A DNA stretch of 32,000 nucleotides. Source: an uncultured Erysipelotrichaceae bacterium. GTDB taxonomy: Bacteria; Bacillota_I; Bacilli_A; Erysipelotrichales; Erysipelotrichaceae. The notes beneath the pieces are model-generated. The model made no database searches, was not told the origin of the DNA, and saw only the letters and a program-made list of their open reading frames with translations. The stretch is taken from contig OW818653.1 of NCBI GenBank assembly GCA_942492995.1, forward strand, positions 300,001 to 332,000, read 5' to 3'. Positions 1-8,336 of the stretch are shown one piece after another. Position numbers and translations under genes: made by a program. The number at the start of each line of letters is the position of its first letter. Position 1 is the first letter of the stretch.

Positions 1-305
1 AACTTTATGAGACAGTATTACAAGTTCGTAAATTCTCAAATCCTGATTTAGTAATTGAAGGTGTGTTGTTAAACAAATACAATTCAAGAATTCATTTAAA
101 TAAAGAAGTAAAAGGCGCTGCGGAACTTGTCTTGAATGATTTGAAAGTTAAATTATTTAAAACGACCATTCGTTCTAGTATCACTGTCGCAGAAGCACAA
201 TCGACACAAAAAGATCTTGTGACAGGATATAAACAAAATGGTGCTGCACTTGATTACATTAAATTCTCTAAAGAATTGATAAAAGGGGAAAAAGATGTCA
301 AATAA
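1..305 (+). CDS. ParA/Soj-family P-loop ATPase, C-terminal fragment (5' end outside the window)
   Basis: The frame is open from position 3 to TAA at 303-305. The translation (...LVIEGVLLNKYNSRIHLNKEV...TIRSSITVAEAQSTQKDL...GAALDYIKFSKELI) has the layout of the C-terminal third of Soj/ParA/MinD-type ATPases. The stop overlaps the next start (ATGTCAAATAA). Confidence 0.6.
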   Translation, partial: LYETVLQVRKFSNPDLVIEGVLLNKYNSRIHLNKEVKGAAELVLNDLKVKLFKTTIRSSITVAEAQSTQKDLVTGYKQNGAALDYIKFSKELIKGEKDVK

Positions 306-684
306 TCGCGCAATTGATAAAGAAGCAATGTATAAAAAAATCATGCCAAGTGCTGCTCAAAAAGAACGAGTTAGTGAAATGAGTGAAGAAACTCCAAATG
401 TCACTAATACACCTAAAGTATCTTATTTTCAACCTAAGATACTCGTTAATTTGGCAGAACTAGCCGTAAAAGAACGTTTGAATGAAGCGCTGGATCGGTT
501 TAAGTGTTGTGAATGTGATCGATGTATAAAGGATATACTCGCAATTGCGGTGAATACGTTACCACCAAAATATATTGTAAGAAGCGAACAAGATATCGCT
601 ATTGAACTAAGAAAATATGAAGGTGATGTCGTTGGGGCACTCGTAAATGCAGTAATAACAGTAAAGAATAATCCAAGACACTAG
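295..684 (+). CDS. ComFB-domain protein (late competence development protein ComFB family)
   Basis: 129 aa with the characteristic cysteine cluster and following helix (RFKCCECDRCIKDILAIAVNTLPPKYIV). The start overlaps the upstream ParA-like stop by 11 nt. Identified by motif recall, not by HMM. Confidence 0.7.
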   Translation: MSNNRAIDKEAMYKKIMPSAAQKERVSEMSEETPNVTNTPKVSYFQPKILVNLAELAVKERLNEALDRFKCCECDRCIKDILAIAVNTLPPKYIVRSEQDIAIELRKYEGDVVGALVNAVITVKNNPRH

Positions 685-695
685 GGGGAAATGTT

Positions 696-1310
696 GTGTT
701 GATTGATGAAGAATATCGATTTGCGAATTGTGAGCTTAGAACAATTAATAACGATTTATTAACAAAAGGTAAAATTATAAAAATTGGGAGTGATTTTCTA
801 GAGATAAGTAATGAACTTGGTTCTACAAGTTTAAATCGATATGAAAAACGCATTAAAGTTATTATCAATCATGCATACTTGGAATCTAAAGTAATTGAAG
901 GCGATTTATATATTCCGACGATGGAGTTCTTTCGTGTAATTGATACGAAAACAGTCATGGAAAAGGAACAACGTAATTTCTTTAGAGTCAATGTGAATAT
1001 AGATGCAGTAGCCGGAGTTGGACCTCGAGGGGGAGGACCGATTAAAAAGTATCCAGTTATAATCAATGATCTTAGTTTAAATGGTGCATTAATGATTACG
1101 AATACAATCATTGCACAACGCGCAAAAATAGAATTAACATTCGAAATCGATAATAATGAACTCATTCTTGATGGACAAGTCGTACGTTGTCGATTGAATT
1201 CCGATAATATGTATTGTTATGGAGTACGCTTTATTGATATCGATAATGCGAATTCTAATCTAATATGCCAATATTTGTTTAAAAAACAAAAAGAAGTAAT
1301 AGAAATTTAA
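696..1310 (+). CDS. PilZ-domain c-di-GMP receptor, YcgR/MotI-like (flagellar brake type architecture)
   Basis: GTG start at 696 preceded by GGGGGAA (684-690). 204 aa. An N-terminal ~90-aa domain is followed by a PilZ domain carrying both c-di-GMP motifs, RxxxR (QRNFFRV) and D-x-S-x-x-G (NDLSLNGA). Confidence 0.8.
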   Translation: MLIDEEYRFANCELRTINNDLLTKGKIIKIGSDFLEISNELGSTSLNRYEKRIKVIINHAYLESKVIEGDLYIPTMEFFRVIDTKTVMEKEQRNFFRVNVNIDAVAGVGPRGGGPIKKYPVIINDLSLNGALMITNTIIAQRAKIELTFEIDNNELILDGQVVRCRLNSDNMYCYGVRFIDIDNANSNLICQYLFKKQKEVIEI

Positions 1311-1319
1311 TAAAAGTAC

Positions 1320-1346
1320 TTAAGTTCTTCAAAAATAGTTCGATAT
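1320..1346 (+). promoter_or_regulatory. Candidate sigma-D/sigma-28 type promoter for flgM operon
   Basis: TTAA (1320-1323), 15-nt spacer, TTCGATAT (1339-1346), compared with the consensus TAAA-N15-GCCGATAT. The -10 part sits in the loop of the upstream terminator hairpin. The match is partial. Confidence 0.3.
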
Positions 1347-1370
1347 AACTATAGAAGAACTTTATTTTTT
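1322..1370 (+). terminator. Rho-independent terminator after the PilZ gene
   Basis: 9-bp stem AAGTTCTTC (1322-1330) / GAAGAACTT (1354-1362) with an inner stem ATAGTT/AACTAT (1335-1340 / 1347-1352), followed by TATTTTTT. Confidence 0.6.
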
Positions 1371-1385
1371 AAGAAAGGGGTACAT

Positions 1386-1697
1386 ATGATGAAAATTAAT
1401 CCAAATAAAATTAGTCAAATATACCAAACAAAACCAAACACAACACACACTTCAAAAGAATCAAATACTATTAGTAATGTTGATAAAATTGAAGTACGTA
1501 ATCACTCTAAACAGAGTATTAAAATAAAAGATATCAAAAATGATTTAACACAAGCAATTAATTCAACTCATTCACAGGAAAAAATCAACTTGTTAAAAGA
1601 ACAAATCAAAAATGGACAATATGAAGTTAAACATAAACACGTAGCAGAAGCTATTATTGCGTTTAGTGAAACTATGTTGGGAGATAAACATGATTGA
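1386..1697 (+). CDS. flgM: Anti-sigma-28 factor FlgM
   Basis: RBS AAGAAAGGGG 1371-1380. 103 aa. DKIEV and the C-terminal EKINLLKEQIKNGQYEVKHKHVAEAIIAF parallel B. subtilis FlgM (DKIEIS...EKIAQLKAQIENGSYKVD). Located upstream of flgN-flgK-flgL. Confidence 0.85.
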   Translation: MMKINPNKISQIYQTKPNTTHTSKESNTISNVDKIEVRNHSKQSIKIKDIKNDLTQAINSTHSQEKINLLKEQIKNGQYEVKHKHVAEAIIAFSETMLGDKHD

Positions 1698-2103
1698 TCA
1701 TCAGAAATTAGTTCATTTTTTTGATGAATATACCTCTTTTTATGAATCAATGGTAAATGAAGAAAATAATAAACTAAAAATACTTTTATCGAATGATTTA
1801 AAATCGATTGAAGAAAATATTCTTGTTCAACAAGTAAACGCAAAACGTATGGAAAATATAGAGAATCGTAGAATCGCATTATTTGAAAGTATGAAACTTG
1901 GTCAATATAGTTTCAGACAAATTATTGATCTAGTGGAAGATAAAACAATTCTACAAGCGTATTATTCACGTATTGATTACGCAATTCAACAAATCAAGTA
2001 TATGAATCAGAAGAGTATGGAATTGATACGTTTTAACCTTAAAACAGTAGAAACTAAAAAAACCAATACGGATTATGGATATGATATGAAAGGAGCACGC
2101 TAA
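1690..2103 (+). CDS. flgN: FlgN-family flagellar export chaperone (YvyG-like)
   Basis: All-helical ~137-aa protein in the conserved slot between flgM and flgK. I prefer ATG 1690, which overlaps the flgM stop (ATGATTGA), over the ORF-track start at 1657. Confidence 0.55.
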   Translation: MIDHQKLVHFFDEYTSFYESMVNEENNKLKILLSNDLKSIEENILVQQVNAKRMENIENRRIALFESMKLGQYSFRQIIDLVEDKTILQAYYSRIDYAIQQIKYMNQKSMELIRFNLKTVETKKTNTDYGYDMKGAR

Positions 2104-2105
2104 GT

Positions 2106-3539
2106 ATGCGCTCAACATTCTTAGGTTTAGAAACTGCTCGTAAAGGATTATCCGCTAATCAAAAAGGATTAGATGTGACAGGTCAAAATATTACGAACGT
2201 AAATACTGAAGGTTATACGCGCCAAAGAATTGATACAGTTAGTGTTTCTTCAGTCACCAATAGTCGTATTCGTGAATTAGGTACAAGCTCAGTTGGTCAA
2301 GGAGTACTTGTAAGTGGTATTAGTCAAATAAGAGATAAACAACTAGATATACGCTTTAGATCAGAAATGGGTGAAACAGCGTATTATGATAAAACATTAT
2401 CGATTCTTGATGGAATAGAATCAATCGTTAATGAATTAGGCAGTGGTATTCAACCAATTTTAAGCGATTTTGTAGGTGCACTACAGGATTTGAGTATTAG
2501 TCCAGATCAAGCGACGAACGCAAACATCGTATTATCAAATGCGAAAAGTATGACCCAAATATTACGTCAATATTCATCACAATTTGATCAATTAAAAAGT
2601 CAATATGCGTCAGATTTGATTATTGATGTAGAAAATACGAACACATTAATAAAGAAAATATCAGAATTAAACACCGCAATTTCAAATGAACTCGGTCAAT
2701 CAACATCTGAGCATGATACGAGTAATGTGAACGAATTATTGGACAAACGTAATGTGCTAATGGACCAATTATCACAATATGGGAATATGAGTGTTAGTGA
2801 AAATTTAGATGGGTCTGTAAATATCTCGTTTAATGAACACGTTATCATATCGAATAAATTTGTTGAACAAATTAATATAATGAAGAGTTCTGATAATACA
2901 ATTAATTTAACGTGGCAATCAACTGGAAATTCTATCATTCTAAGTTCAGGTACTCTAAAGGCAAGCCTTGACTTTATGAATGGAGATGGTGGGGAAATCA
3001 ATGGAATTCCATACTATCAGAAACAACTCGATACACTCGCAATCCAATTTGCGGAGATACTAAATACATCACTTATTGATACGAACGATGATTATAAGAA
3101 GCTGATTGAAATCGATGATACCAATCCTGCACACACCATCACAATCCATGATGATTGGATTAATAAAGCTTCATATATTATTGATAATCTTAAGAGTCAA
3201 GGAACACTTGATAATACTCCAATACTAAGTATTATTTCGAAACTTGAAGGTAAGAATACATTAGGTACATTTGTTGGAAGTTTATCGGATTTTGTGACGA
3301 GTTATGTCACAACGCTTGGTCAGGATAAGAGTTACTATGAGTCACGTTATGAGGTGAGTGGTTCAATCACTGATGATCTTCAAAATCGTAGAGATTCTGT
3401 GAGTGCAGTATCACTTGATGAAGAAGGCGCGAATTTAATGTTATACGATAAAGCATATAAAGCAGTTTCTCGCTTAATGACCGCAATGGATGAATTCCTT
3501 GATGTCTTAATCAATAAAACCGGACTTGTTGGACGTTAG
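2106..3539 (+). CDS. flgK: Flagellar hook-associated protein 1 FlgK
   Basis: N-terminus MRSTFLGLETARKGLSANQKGLDVTGQNITNVNTEGYTRQR and C-terminus EEGANLMLYDKAYKAVSRLM are canonical FlgK rod/hook-family termini. AAGGAG RBS. Confidence 0.95.
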   Translation: MRSTFLGLETARKGLSANQKGLDVTGQNITNVNTEGYTRQRIDTVSVSSVTNSRIRELGTSSVGQGVLVSGISQIRDKQLDIRFRSEMGETAYYDKTLSILDGIESIVNELGSGIQPILSDFVGALQDLSISPDQATNANIVLSNAKSMTQILRQYSSQFDQLKSQYASDLIIDVENTNTLIKKISELNTAISNELGQSTSEHDTSNVNELLDKRNVLMDQLSQYGNMSVSENLDGSVNISFNEHVIISNKFVEQINIMKSSDNTINLTWQSTGNSIILSSGTLKASLDFMNGDGGEINGIPYYQKQLDTLAIQFAEILNTSLIDTNDDYKKLIEIDDTNPAHTITIHDDWINKASYIIDNLKSQGTLDNTPILSIISKLEGKNTLGTFVGSLSDFVTSYVTTLGQDKSYYESRYEVSGSITDDLQNRRDSVSAVSLDEEGANLMLYDKAYKAVSRLMTAMDEFLDVLINKTGLVGR

Positions 3540-3551
3540 GAGTAAAATACG

Positions 3552-4523
3552 ATGAGAATTACACAGAAAAATCTTACACGTGCGTATTTAACTGGATTAA
3601 ATCGTAATATAAGTCAGTTATCAAAATCAAATGCTCGACTAACAACAGGTAAACGATTTAATAAAGTAAGTGAAAATGTTACAGATGCACAGAAAGCATT
3701 AAAAGTACGTAATCAGTTAAAACGTAATGAACAATTTATTACGAATATCCAAAGTCTTCAAAATGAAATCAGTGCTCAAGAAACAAGCGCAATGCAGATG
3801 AATGATATCTTACTCAATGTTAAAGAATTGATTGTAAAAGCAGGCAATGAAACAAATGATGCGTCTGATAAAGAAATTATTGCGAACGAGATTGATCAAC
3901 TTAATAAGAGCTTATTACAACTTATTAACGTTAAGACAAGTGATCGTTATACATTTGCAGGTTTAAATAATGATATTCCAATTACTGTAGATAATAGTGG
4001 AACCGTTCTATTTAATGGCGTTGATGTGGATACACTACTTGATAGCGATATAAAGGAAGACGCAGTATTTATCGATATTGGATTAGGCATGCAATTTAAT
4101 GCGAGTAACGTGGATGAAAGTAGTGTTGTACAACTTACAACATCCGCAATTCAAGTATTAGGTTATGGAGTAAATGCGGATGGTGTACCAAACAGTTTAA
4201 TCTCATTCTTAGGGAATGTTGTTAGTGATTTGAAGAATAATGATACATCAAAAATCACACTCTACAATAAGCAATTAACTCAATCGACTGAACGATTATT
4301 AGTACAAGTAACGAATATCGGATCACGTTTTGCGTATCTAGAGAATTCGATCAATCGATTAGAAAATGAAAAGTTAGATTTAACAAGCCAACAGAATTTT
4401 CTAGAATCAATCGATTATGAAGAAGAAACGATTACCAATAAATCGTATGATATGGCATATCAAATAAGCCTTCAATTAGGATCGAAAGTATTGCCATTAT
4501 CCATATTCGATTTTATGCGTTAA
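3552..4523 (+). CDS. flgL: Flagellar hook-associated protein 3 FlgL
   Basis: MRITQKNL...LTTGKRFNKVSENVTDAQKAL is a flagellin-N-like start of the FlgL type (not flagellin: it lacks the LSSGLRINRA...DDAAG signature). 323 aa, directly after flgK. AGGAG RBS. Confidence 0.85.
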   Translation: MRITQKNLTRAYLTGLNRNISQLSKSNARLTTGKRFNKVSENVTDAQKALKVRNQLKRNEQFITNIQSLQNEISAQETSAMQMNDILLNVKELIVKAGNETNDASDKEIIANEIDQLNKSLLQLINVKTSDRYTFAGLNNDIPITVDNSGTVLFNGVDVDTLLDSDIKEDAVFIDIGLGMQFNASNVDESSVVQLTTSAIQVLGYGVNADGVPNSLISFLGNVVSDLKNNDTSKITLYNKQLTQSTERLLVQVTNIGSRFAYLENSINRLENEKLDLTSQQNFLESIDYEEETITNKSYDMAYQISLQLGSKVLPLSIFDFMR

Positions 4524-4524
4524 T

Positions 4525-4968
4525 ATGAACAATCTATTAAAAATCACAACGAAACCGATAAAAATAACGGTACAAGTTGAAAAGGGTAAATTTATTAAAG
4601 TAGAACGTTCTATTCAATTAAAGAATTATAAGAATAAATCAAATGATCTATTAGTCCAATCAAGTAAAAATGAAGTAAATCGTGTAGAAGCATTACCAAA
4701 ACACATCAAACTAAATCAAACGGATAATAATATTCATAAGATTATTACCCAATCTATTACACAAGAAGAATCAAGGAATGTACCGTTTATATCGCATTTT
4801 GATAGTAATCTAAAAATCGAACCGATTCCAAGTGAGATTGAACAAGAGTTGAAATATCAACCAAGTGATTTAGATTTTGTGATTAAACAATACAGTGAGA
4901 TAGAATTCGAATATGTAGGTGAACCCATCTACATGCCATTGAGTGCAAATCCTAATAAGGATAAATAG
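4525..4968 (+). CDS. Hypothetical protein in the conserved flgL-fliW slot (B. subtilis YviE-like position)
   Basis: 147-aa ORF starting 1 nt after the flgL stop. It sits in the same position as yviE in the B. subtilis flgL-yviE-fliW-csrA arrangement. I recognise no motif in it. Confidence 0.5.
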   Translation: MNNLLKITTKPIKITVQVEKGKFIKVERSIQLKNYKNKSNDLLVQSSKNEVNRVEALPKHIKLNQTDNNIHKIITQSITQEESRNVPFISHFDSNLKIEPIPSEIEQELKYQPSDLDFVIKQYSEIEFEYVGEPIYMPLSANPNKDK

Positions 4969-4976
4969 AGGAAATT

Positions 4977-5396
4977 ATGGAAATACAAAGTAAATATTTC
5001 GGAACAATCGATATTCAAGACGAAACAATCATTGAGATGATTCAACCTATTTATGGATTTGAATCATTAAAACGATTTACATTAATATCTGATCAAGAAA
5101 TTGGGACTGATTTACTTTGGTTTCAATCACTTGATCAAGCTGATATTTGTTTTATGGTCGCAAATCCTAATGCGTTTGTGAAAGATTTTAAAATTGAACT
5201 AAATAGTGAAGATATTAATAGTGTTGGTGCTCATGAAATTGATGATATTGATGTATTAAGCATTGTCAGTTTAGGTGAAACATTTGAACAATCCACAATG
5301 AACCTTAAAAGTCCTATCTTACTAAATTCTAAAAATAATAAAGGTGCTCAAGTAATTCTTAATCAAGATTTACCATTTAGAGCAAACTTGGTGTAA
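4977..5396 (+). CDS. fliW: Flagellar assembly factor FliW
   Basis: 139 aa. The start MEIQSKYFGTIDIQDETIIEMIQPIYGFESLKRFTLI is typical of FliW. GAGGAA RBS. Immediately upstream of csrA. Confidence 0.9.
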   Translation: MEIQSKYFGTIDIQDETIIEMIQPIYGFESLKRFTLISDQEIGTDLLWFQSLDQADICFMVANPNAFVKDFKIELNSEDINSVGAHEIDDIDVLSIVSLGETFEQSTMNLKSPILLNSKNNKGAQVILNQDLPFRANLV

Positions 5397-5398
5397 GT

Positions 5399-5638
5399 AT
5401 GTTAATTCTTGCACGTAAAGAAAAAGAATCGATTATCATCGATGGTGGAATTGAAATCATAATACAAGAGATTAGTAAGGATTCAGTTAAAATCGCAATT
5501 ATTGCGCCAAAAGAAGTAAAAGTATTTAGAAAAGAATTAATTGATTCAGTTAAATCAGAGAATATTAATGCGTTAAAACAATTAGAGAAAAATCAAATTA
5601 AGACATACTTTAATCGTGTAAAAAAAGATAATGAATAA
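5399..5638 (+). CDS. csrA: Carbon storage regulator CsrA (FliW-partner type with C-terminal extension)
   Basis: MLILARKEKESIIIDGGIEIIIQEISKDSVKIAIIAPKEVKVFRKEL matches the CsrA fold signature (MLxLxRKxxESIxI...GIxAPKxVxxxRxEx). 79 aa. Confidence 0.9.
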   Translation: MLILARKEKESIIIDGGIEIIIQEISKDSVKIAIIAPKEVKVFRKELIDSVKSENINALKQLEKNQIKTYFNRVKKDNE

Positions 5639-6110
5639 TCAAGAACAAATCTTAAAATTAATCAATGAAAAAAGAGCACATTTAATGGCGTATGAGTCAT
5701 TTACGACATCAATTATAAACAGTGACTTAGATGCGATAAACAATGTGTTAATTCAAAGAGAATCAATCATACAGTCAATTAATTCCATTGATCAATTAAT
5801 CAAAGATATGATTGAACAATCTATTGATAAAACAGTAATCAATGCGATATTTCAACATAAAATTCATATGGGTGAAGTACCAGATAAGTACTATTCATTA
5901 TATGAAGGTATAGAATCTATCGTCGATTCATTGGAAAACATACATGTTTTAGATACATTGATTTATACAAGAATTGGTCAATTAAAAGAAGAAATATTAT
6001 TGAATATTAAGCAAACAAATAATGTATCAAAAATACAAAAGTATTTTGATACATATGAAACAGAGTTAGATTCGATCAATGATTTAACATCTCTTGCGAA
6101 GAAAGTATAG
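5631..6110 (+). CDS. Uncharacterised all-helical protein, possibly a FliT/FlgN-like chaperone
   Basis: 159-aa ORF whose ATG overlaps the csrA stop (ATGAATAA). The sequence is rich in heptad-like helical segments. It sits directly upstream of fliD. The functional call is positional inference only. Confidence 0.35.
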   Translation: MNNQEQILKLINEKRAHLMAYESFTTSIINSDLDAINNVLIQRESIIQSINSIDQLIKDMIEQSIDKTVINAIFQHKIHMGEVPDKYYSLYEGIESIVDSLENIHVLDTLIYTRIGQLKEEILLNIKQTNNVSKIQKYFDTYETELDSINDLTSLAKKV

Positions 6111-6119
6111 GTGAAATAA

Positions 6120-7913
6120 ATGGTATCCATAAACAATAGTAATAACTCTAGATCATATGGTTCAACAGGTATTTTAGGTTTATCATCAGGTATTGATTCT
6201 GAGAGTGTCATTGAAGGAATGTTGTCAGGGACACAATCAAAAATTGATAAGCAACTCGGTCTTAAGCAACAAACTCTTTGGAAACAAGAACTCTATCGAG
6301 GAATTATCGGTGATATACAGAGTTTACAACGTAAGTTCTTTGATACATTAAATCCTCAATCCAATTTATTATCTAACTCATTCTTTTCCAATCAAACTGT
6401 CACTTCTTCCTCATCAAATGTACAAGCGACTTCGAATCAAAGAACTGCTTCAGAATTAACGATTGATTCAATAACTCAACTTGCGACAGGTTCAAAGATA
6501 ATCAGTCAATCGAGTGTATCAAATGTGATTCAATGTAATGTAAATAGTTCACTAATTACAGGGTCAAGTTCAATAAATGTATCTCTCGATGGTGTTAGTA
6601 AATCAATAAACTTACATGGATTAGATAATATAGAAGTCTTAGATAATCTACAAATTGATTTAAATAAAGCATTTGGTACGGGTGTCAATGTCGCAGTGGA
6701 TGGCACAATCACTACCAATGGTTCAAGACAAATAAGTATTTCTGGAAGTGTAGAGAATCTTGCATGTTTGGGGTTTACCGCAAGTATTTCTAATCGTGTT
6801 GATTTGAATACGCCATTAAGTAATTTAAATCTTAATCAGGATTTACTTGGTACAAGTTTCAAATTCTCAATTAATGGTACGAACTTTGAATTCGATGAGA
6901 CACAAAGTTTAGCGGAAGTAGTAGATACGATAAATAAGAGTAATGCGAATGTCACATTGAGCTATTCTAACGTAAGTGATGTATTTACGCTTACTTCAAA
7001 AACACTTGGTCAAGGGGTTCAAATCGATTGTAGTGAGAGTGAAGGAAATTTACTCAACGCATTATTAAAAGTAGATCAACCGGATTATCAAACAATAGAT
7101 GGTAAAAACGCTATCTTAAGTGTTAATGGCACAACAATTGAACGTAATACGAATAGCTTTGAAGTGAATCAATTTAAACTAAACTTAGTTTCAGAAACCA
7201 ATACTAAAACAGTATTAAGCGCAAAAAACAACACAACACAAGTCGTCGATGGACTGACAAAATTTGTGGAGGAATACAATAAACTTATTGATAAAGTTTA
7301 TACACTCACAACAGAAAAATCAGAATATCGTGAATTTAGTCCATTAACTGATGAACAGAAAAAAGATATGTCTGAATCAGAAGTCGAACTTTGGGAGAAG
7401 AAAGCAAAGACTGGATTAGTACGAAGTGATACTAACTTAGTTTCATTACTATCCGAACTTAGACAAGTATTATTTACGCATCCTACAGGAAGTTCACTAA
7501 GTTTAAGTGATATGGGTATAGCGTCTTCAAGTTTTGGGGATCGTGGTAAATTAACCATTGATCCAATAAAACTCAATCAAGCACTTGAAACGAGAATGAA
7601 TGAAGTCCAATCATTATTTACGGATAAGGAAAATGGAATTGCGGTTAAATTCAATGCCATTTTAAATAAAAACGCGCAATCAAGTCTAAGTAATCCAGGA
7701 CGATTAGTCGTAATGGCGGGTATTGCCAATACGACAAGTGATGTGAAAAACACATTAACTGAACGTATTAAATCAATAGAACTTACGATTGAGAATTTCA
7801 AACGTATGTATGAATCTCAAAAATCAAGATACTGGAAACAATTCTCACAATTAGAAACCGCAATGAGTAAAATGAACTCACAAAGTTCATGGTTAACCCA
7901 ACAACTCGGTTAA
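6120..7913 (+). CDS. fliD: Flagellar filament capping protein FliD
   Basis: 597 aa. N-terminus GILGLSSGIDSESVIEGMLSGTQSKIDKQLGLKQQTLWKQELY and C-terminus KRMYESQKSRYWKQFSQLETAMSKMNSQSSWLTQQL are the conserved FliD N and C regions. Confidence 0.9.
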   Translation: MVSINNSNNSRSYGSTGILGLSSGIDSESVIEGMLSGTQSKIDKQLGLKQQTLWKQELYRGIIGDIQSLQRKFFDTLNPQSNLLSNSFFSNQTVTSSSSNVQATSNQRTASELTIDSITQLATGSKIISQSSVSNVIQCNVNSSLITGSSSINVSLDGVSKSINLHGLDNIEVLDNLQIDLNKAFGTGVNVAVDGTITTNGSRQISISGSVENLACLGFTASISNRVDLNTPLSNLNLNQDLLGTSFKFSINGTNFEFDETQSLAEVVDTINKSNANVTLSYSNVSDVFTLTSKTLGQGVQIDCSESEGNLLNALLKVDQPDYQTIDGKNAILSVNGTTIERNTNSFEVNQFKLNLVSETNTKTVLSAKNNTTQVVDGLTKFVEEYNKLIDKVYTLTTEKSEYREFSPLTDEQKKDMSESEVELWEKKAKTGLVRSDTNLVSLLSELRQVLFTHPTGSSLSLSDMGIASSSFGDRGKLTIDPIKLNQALETRMNEVQSLFTDKENGIAVKFNAILNKNAQSSLSNPGRLVVMAGIANTTSDVKNTLTERIKSIELTIENFKRMYESQKSRYWKQFSQLETAMSKMNSQSSWLTQQLG

Positions 7914-7921
7914 GGAAAAAT

Positions 7922-8293
7922 ATGAACAATCCATACGCAAGTTATAAAACACAATCAATTCAAACAATGACTCCAGGTGAAATGGTTGTCGCATTATATG
8001 AAGGATTAATCAAACAATTAAATCTAGCCATTCTCTATATCGAAGAAAAAAATATAGCGGAAGGTCATACGAGCTTAATGAAAAGCCAAGATATTATTAC
8101 GTATTTAATTTCCACATTAAATCCAGATATAGAGATTAGTAAAACAATCCTTCCATATTACGAACTATTCCAAAGACAAATAATGGATGCGAATCTTAAA
8201 AAAGATGTACAAACAATTAAGTCAGTATTACCATTAATTGAAGAATTTAAACTAATATTTTCGCAAGCTGATCGTTTAAACCGAATAAAATAA
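7922..8293 (+). CDS. fliS: Flagellar export chaperone FliS
   Basis: ATG 7922 with AAGGAAAAA upstream (the ORF-track start 7889 lies inside fliD). MNNPYASYKTQSIQTMTPGEMVVALYEGLIKQLN is a typical FliS start. Follows fliD. Confidence 0.85.
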   Translation: MNNPYASYKTQSIQTMTPGEMVVALYEGLIKQLNLAILYIEEKNIAEGHTSLMKSQDIITYLISTLNPDIEISKTILPYYELFQRQIMDANLKKDVQTIKSVLPLIEEFKLIFSQADRLNRIK

Positions 8294-8314
8294 CGTCACA
8301 TTTCTATGACGTTA
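8284..8314 (-). terminator. Intrinsic terminator serving the minus-strand hydrolase gene
   Basis: 8-bp stem TAACGTCA / TGACGTTA (8291-8298 / 8307-8314). On the minus strand it is followed by TTTTATT. It overlaps the fliS stop codon. Confidence 0.45.
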
Positions 8315-8336
8315 GATAATATATGTATTACATCGT

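Noticed and set aside
3552-4523. Possible flagellin gene (flagellin-N-like N-terminus MRITQKNL...).
   Set aside because: The sequence after the first helix (TTGKRFNKVSENVTDAQKAL) and its position right after flgK fit FlgL/HAP3. It lacks the flagellin LSSGLRINRA..DDAAG signature.
1-8300. c-di-GMP (GEMM) riboswitch in the flagellar region, as in some Clostridia.
   Set aside because: The only intergenic gap over 15 nt is 1311-1385. It is fully accounted for by a terminator hairpin plus RBS, and no GEMM-like GGCAAA or tetraloop-receptor elements are visible.
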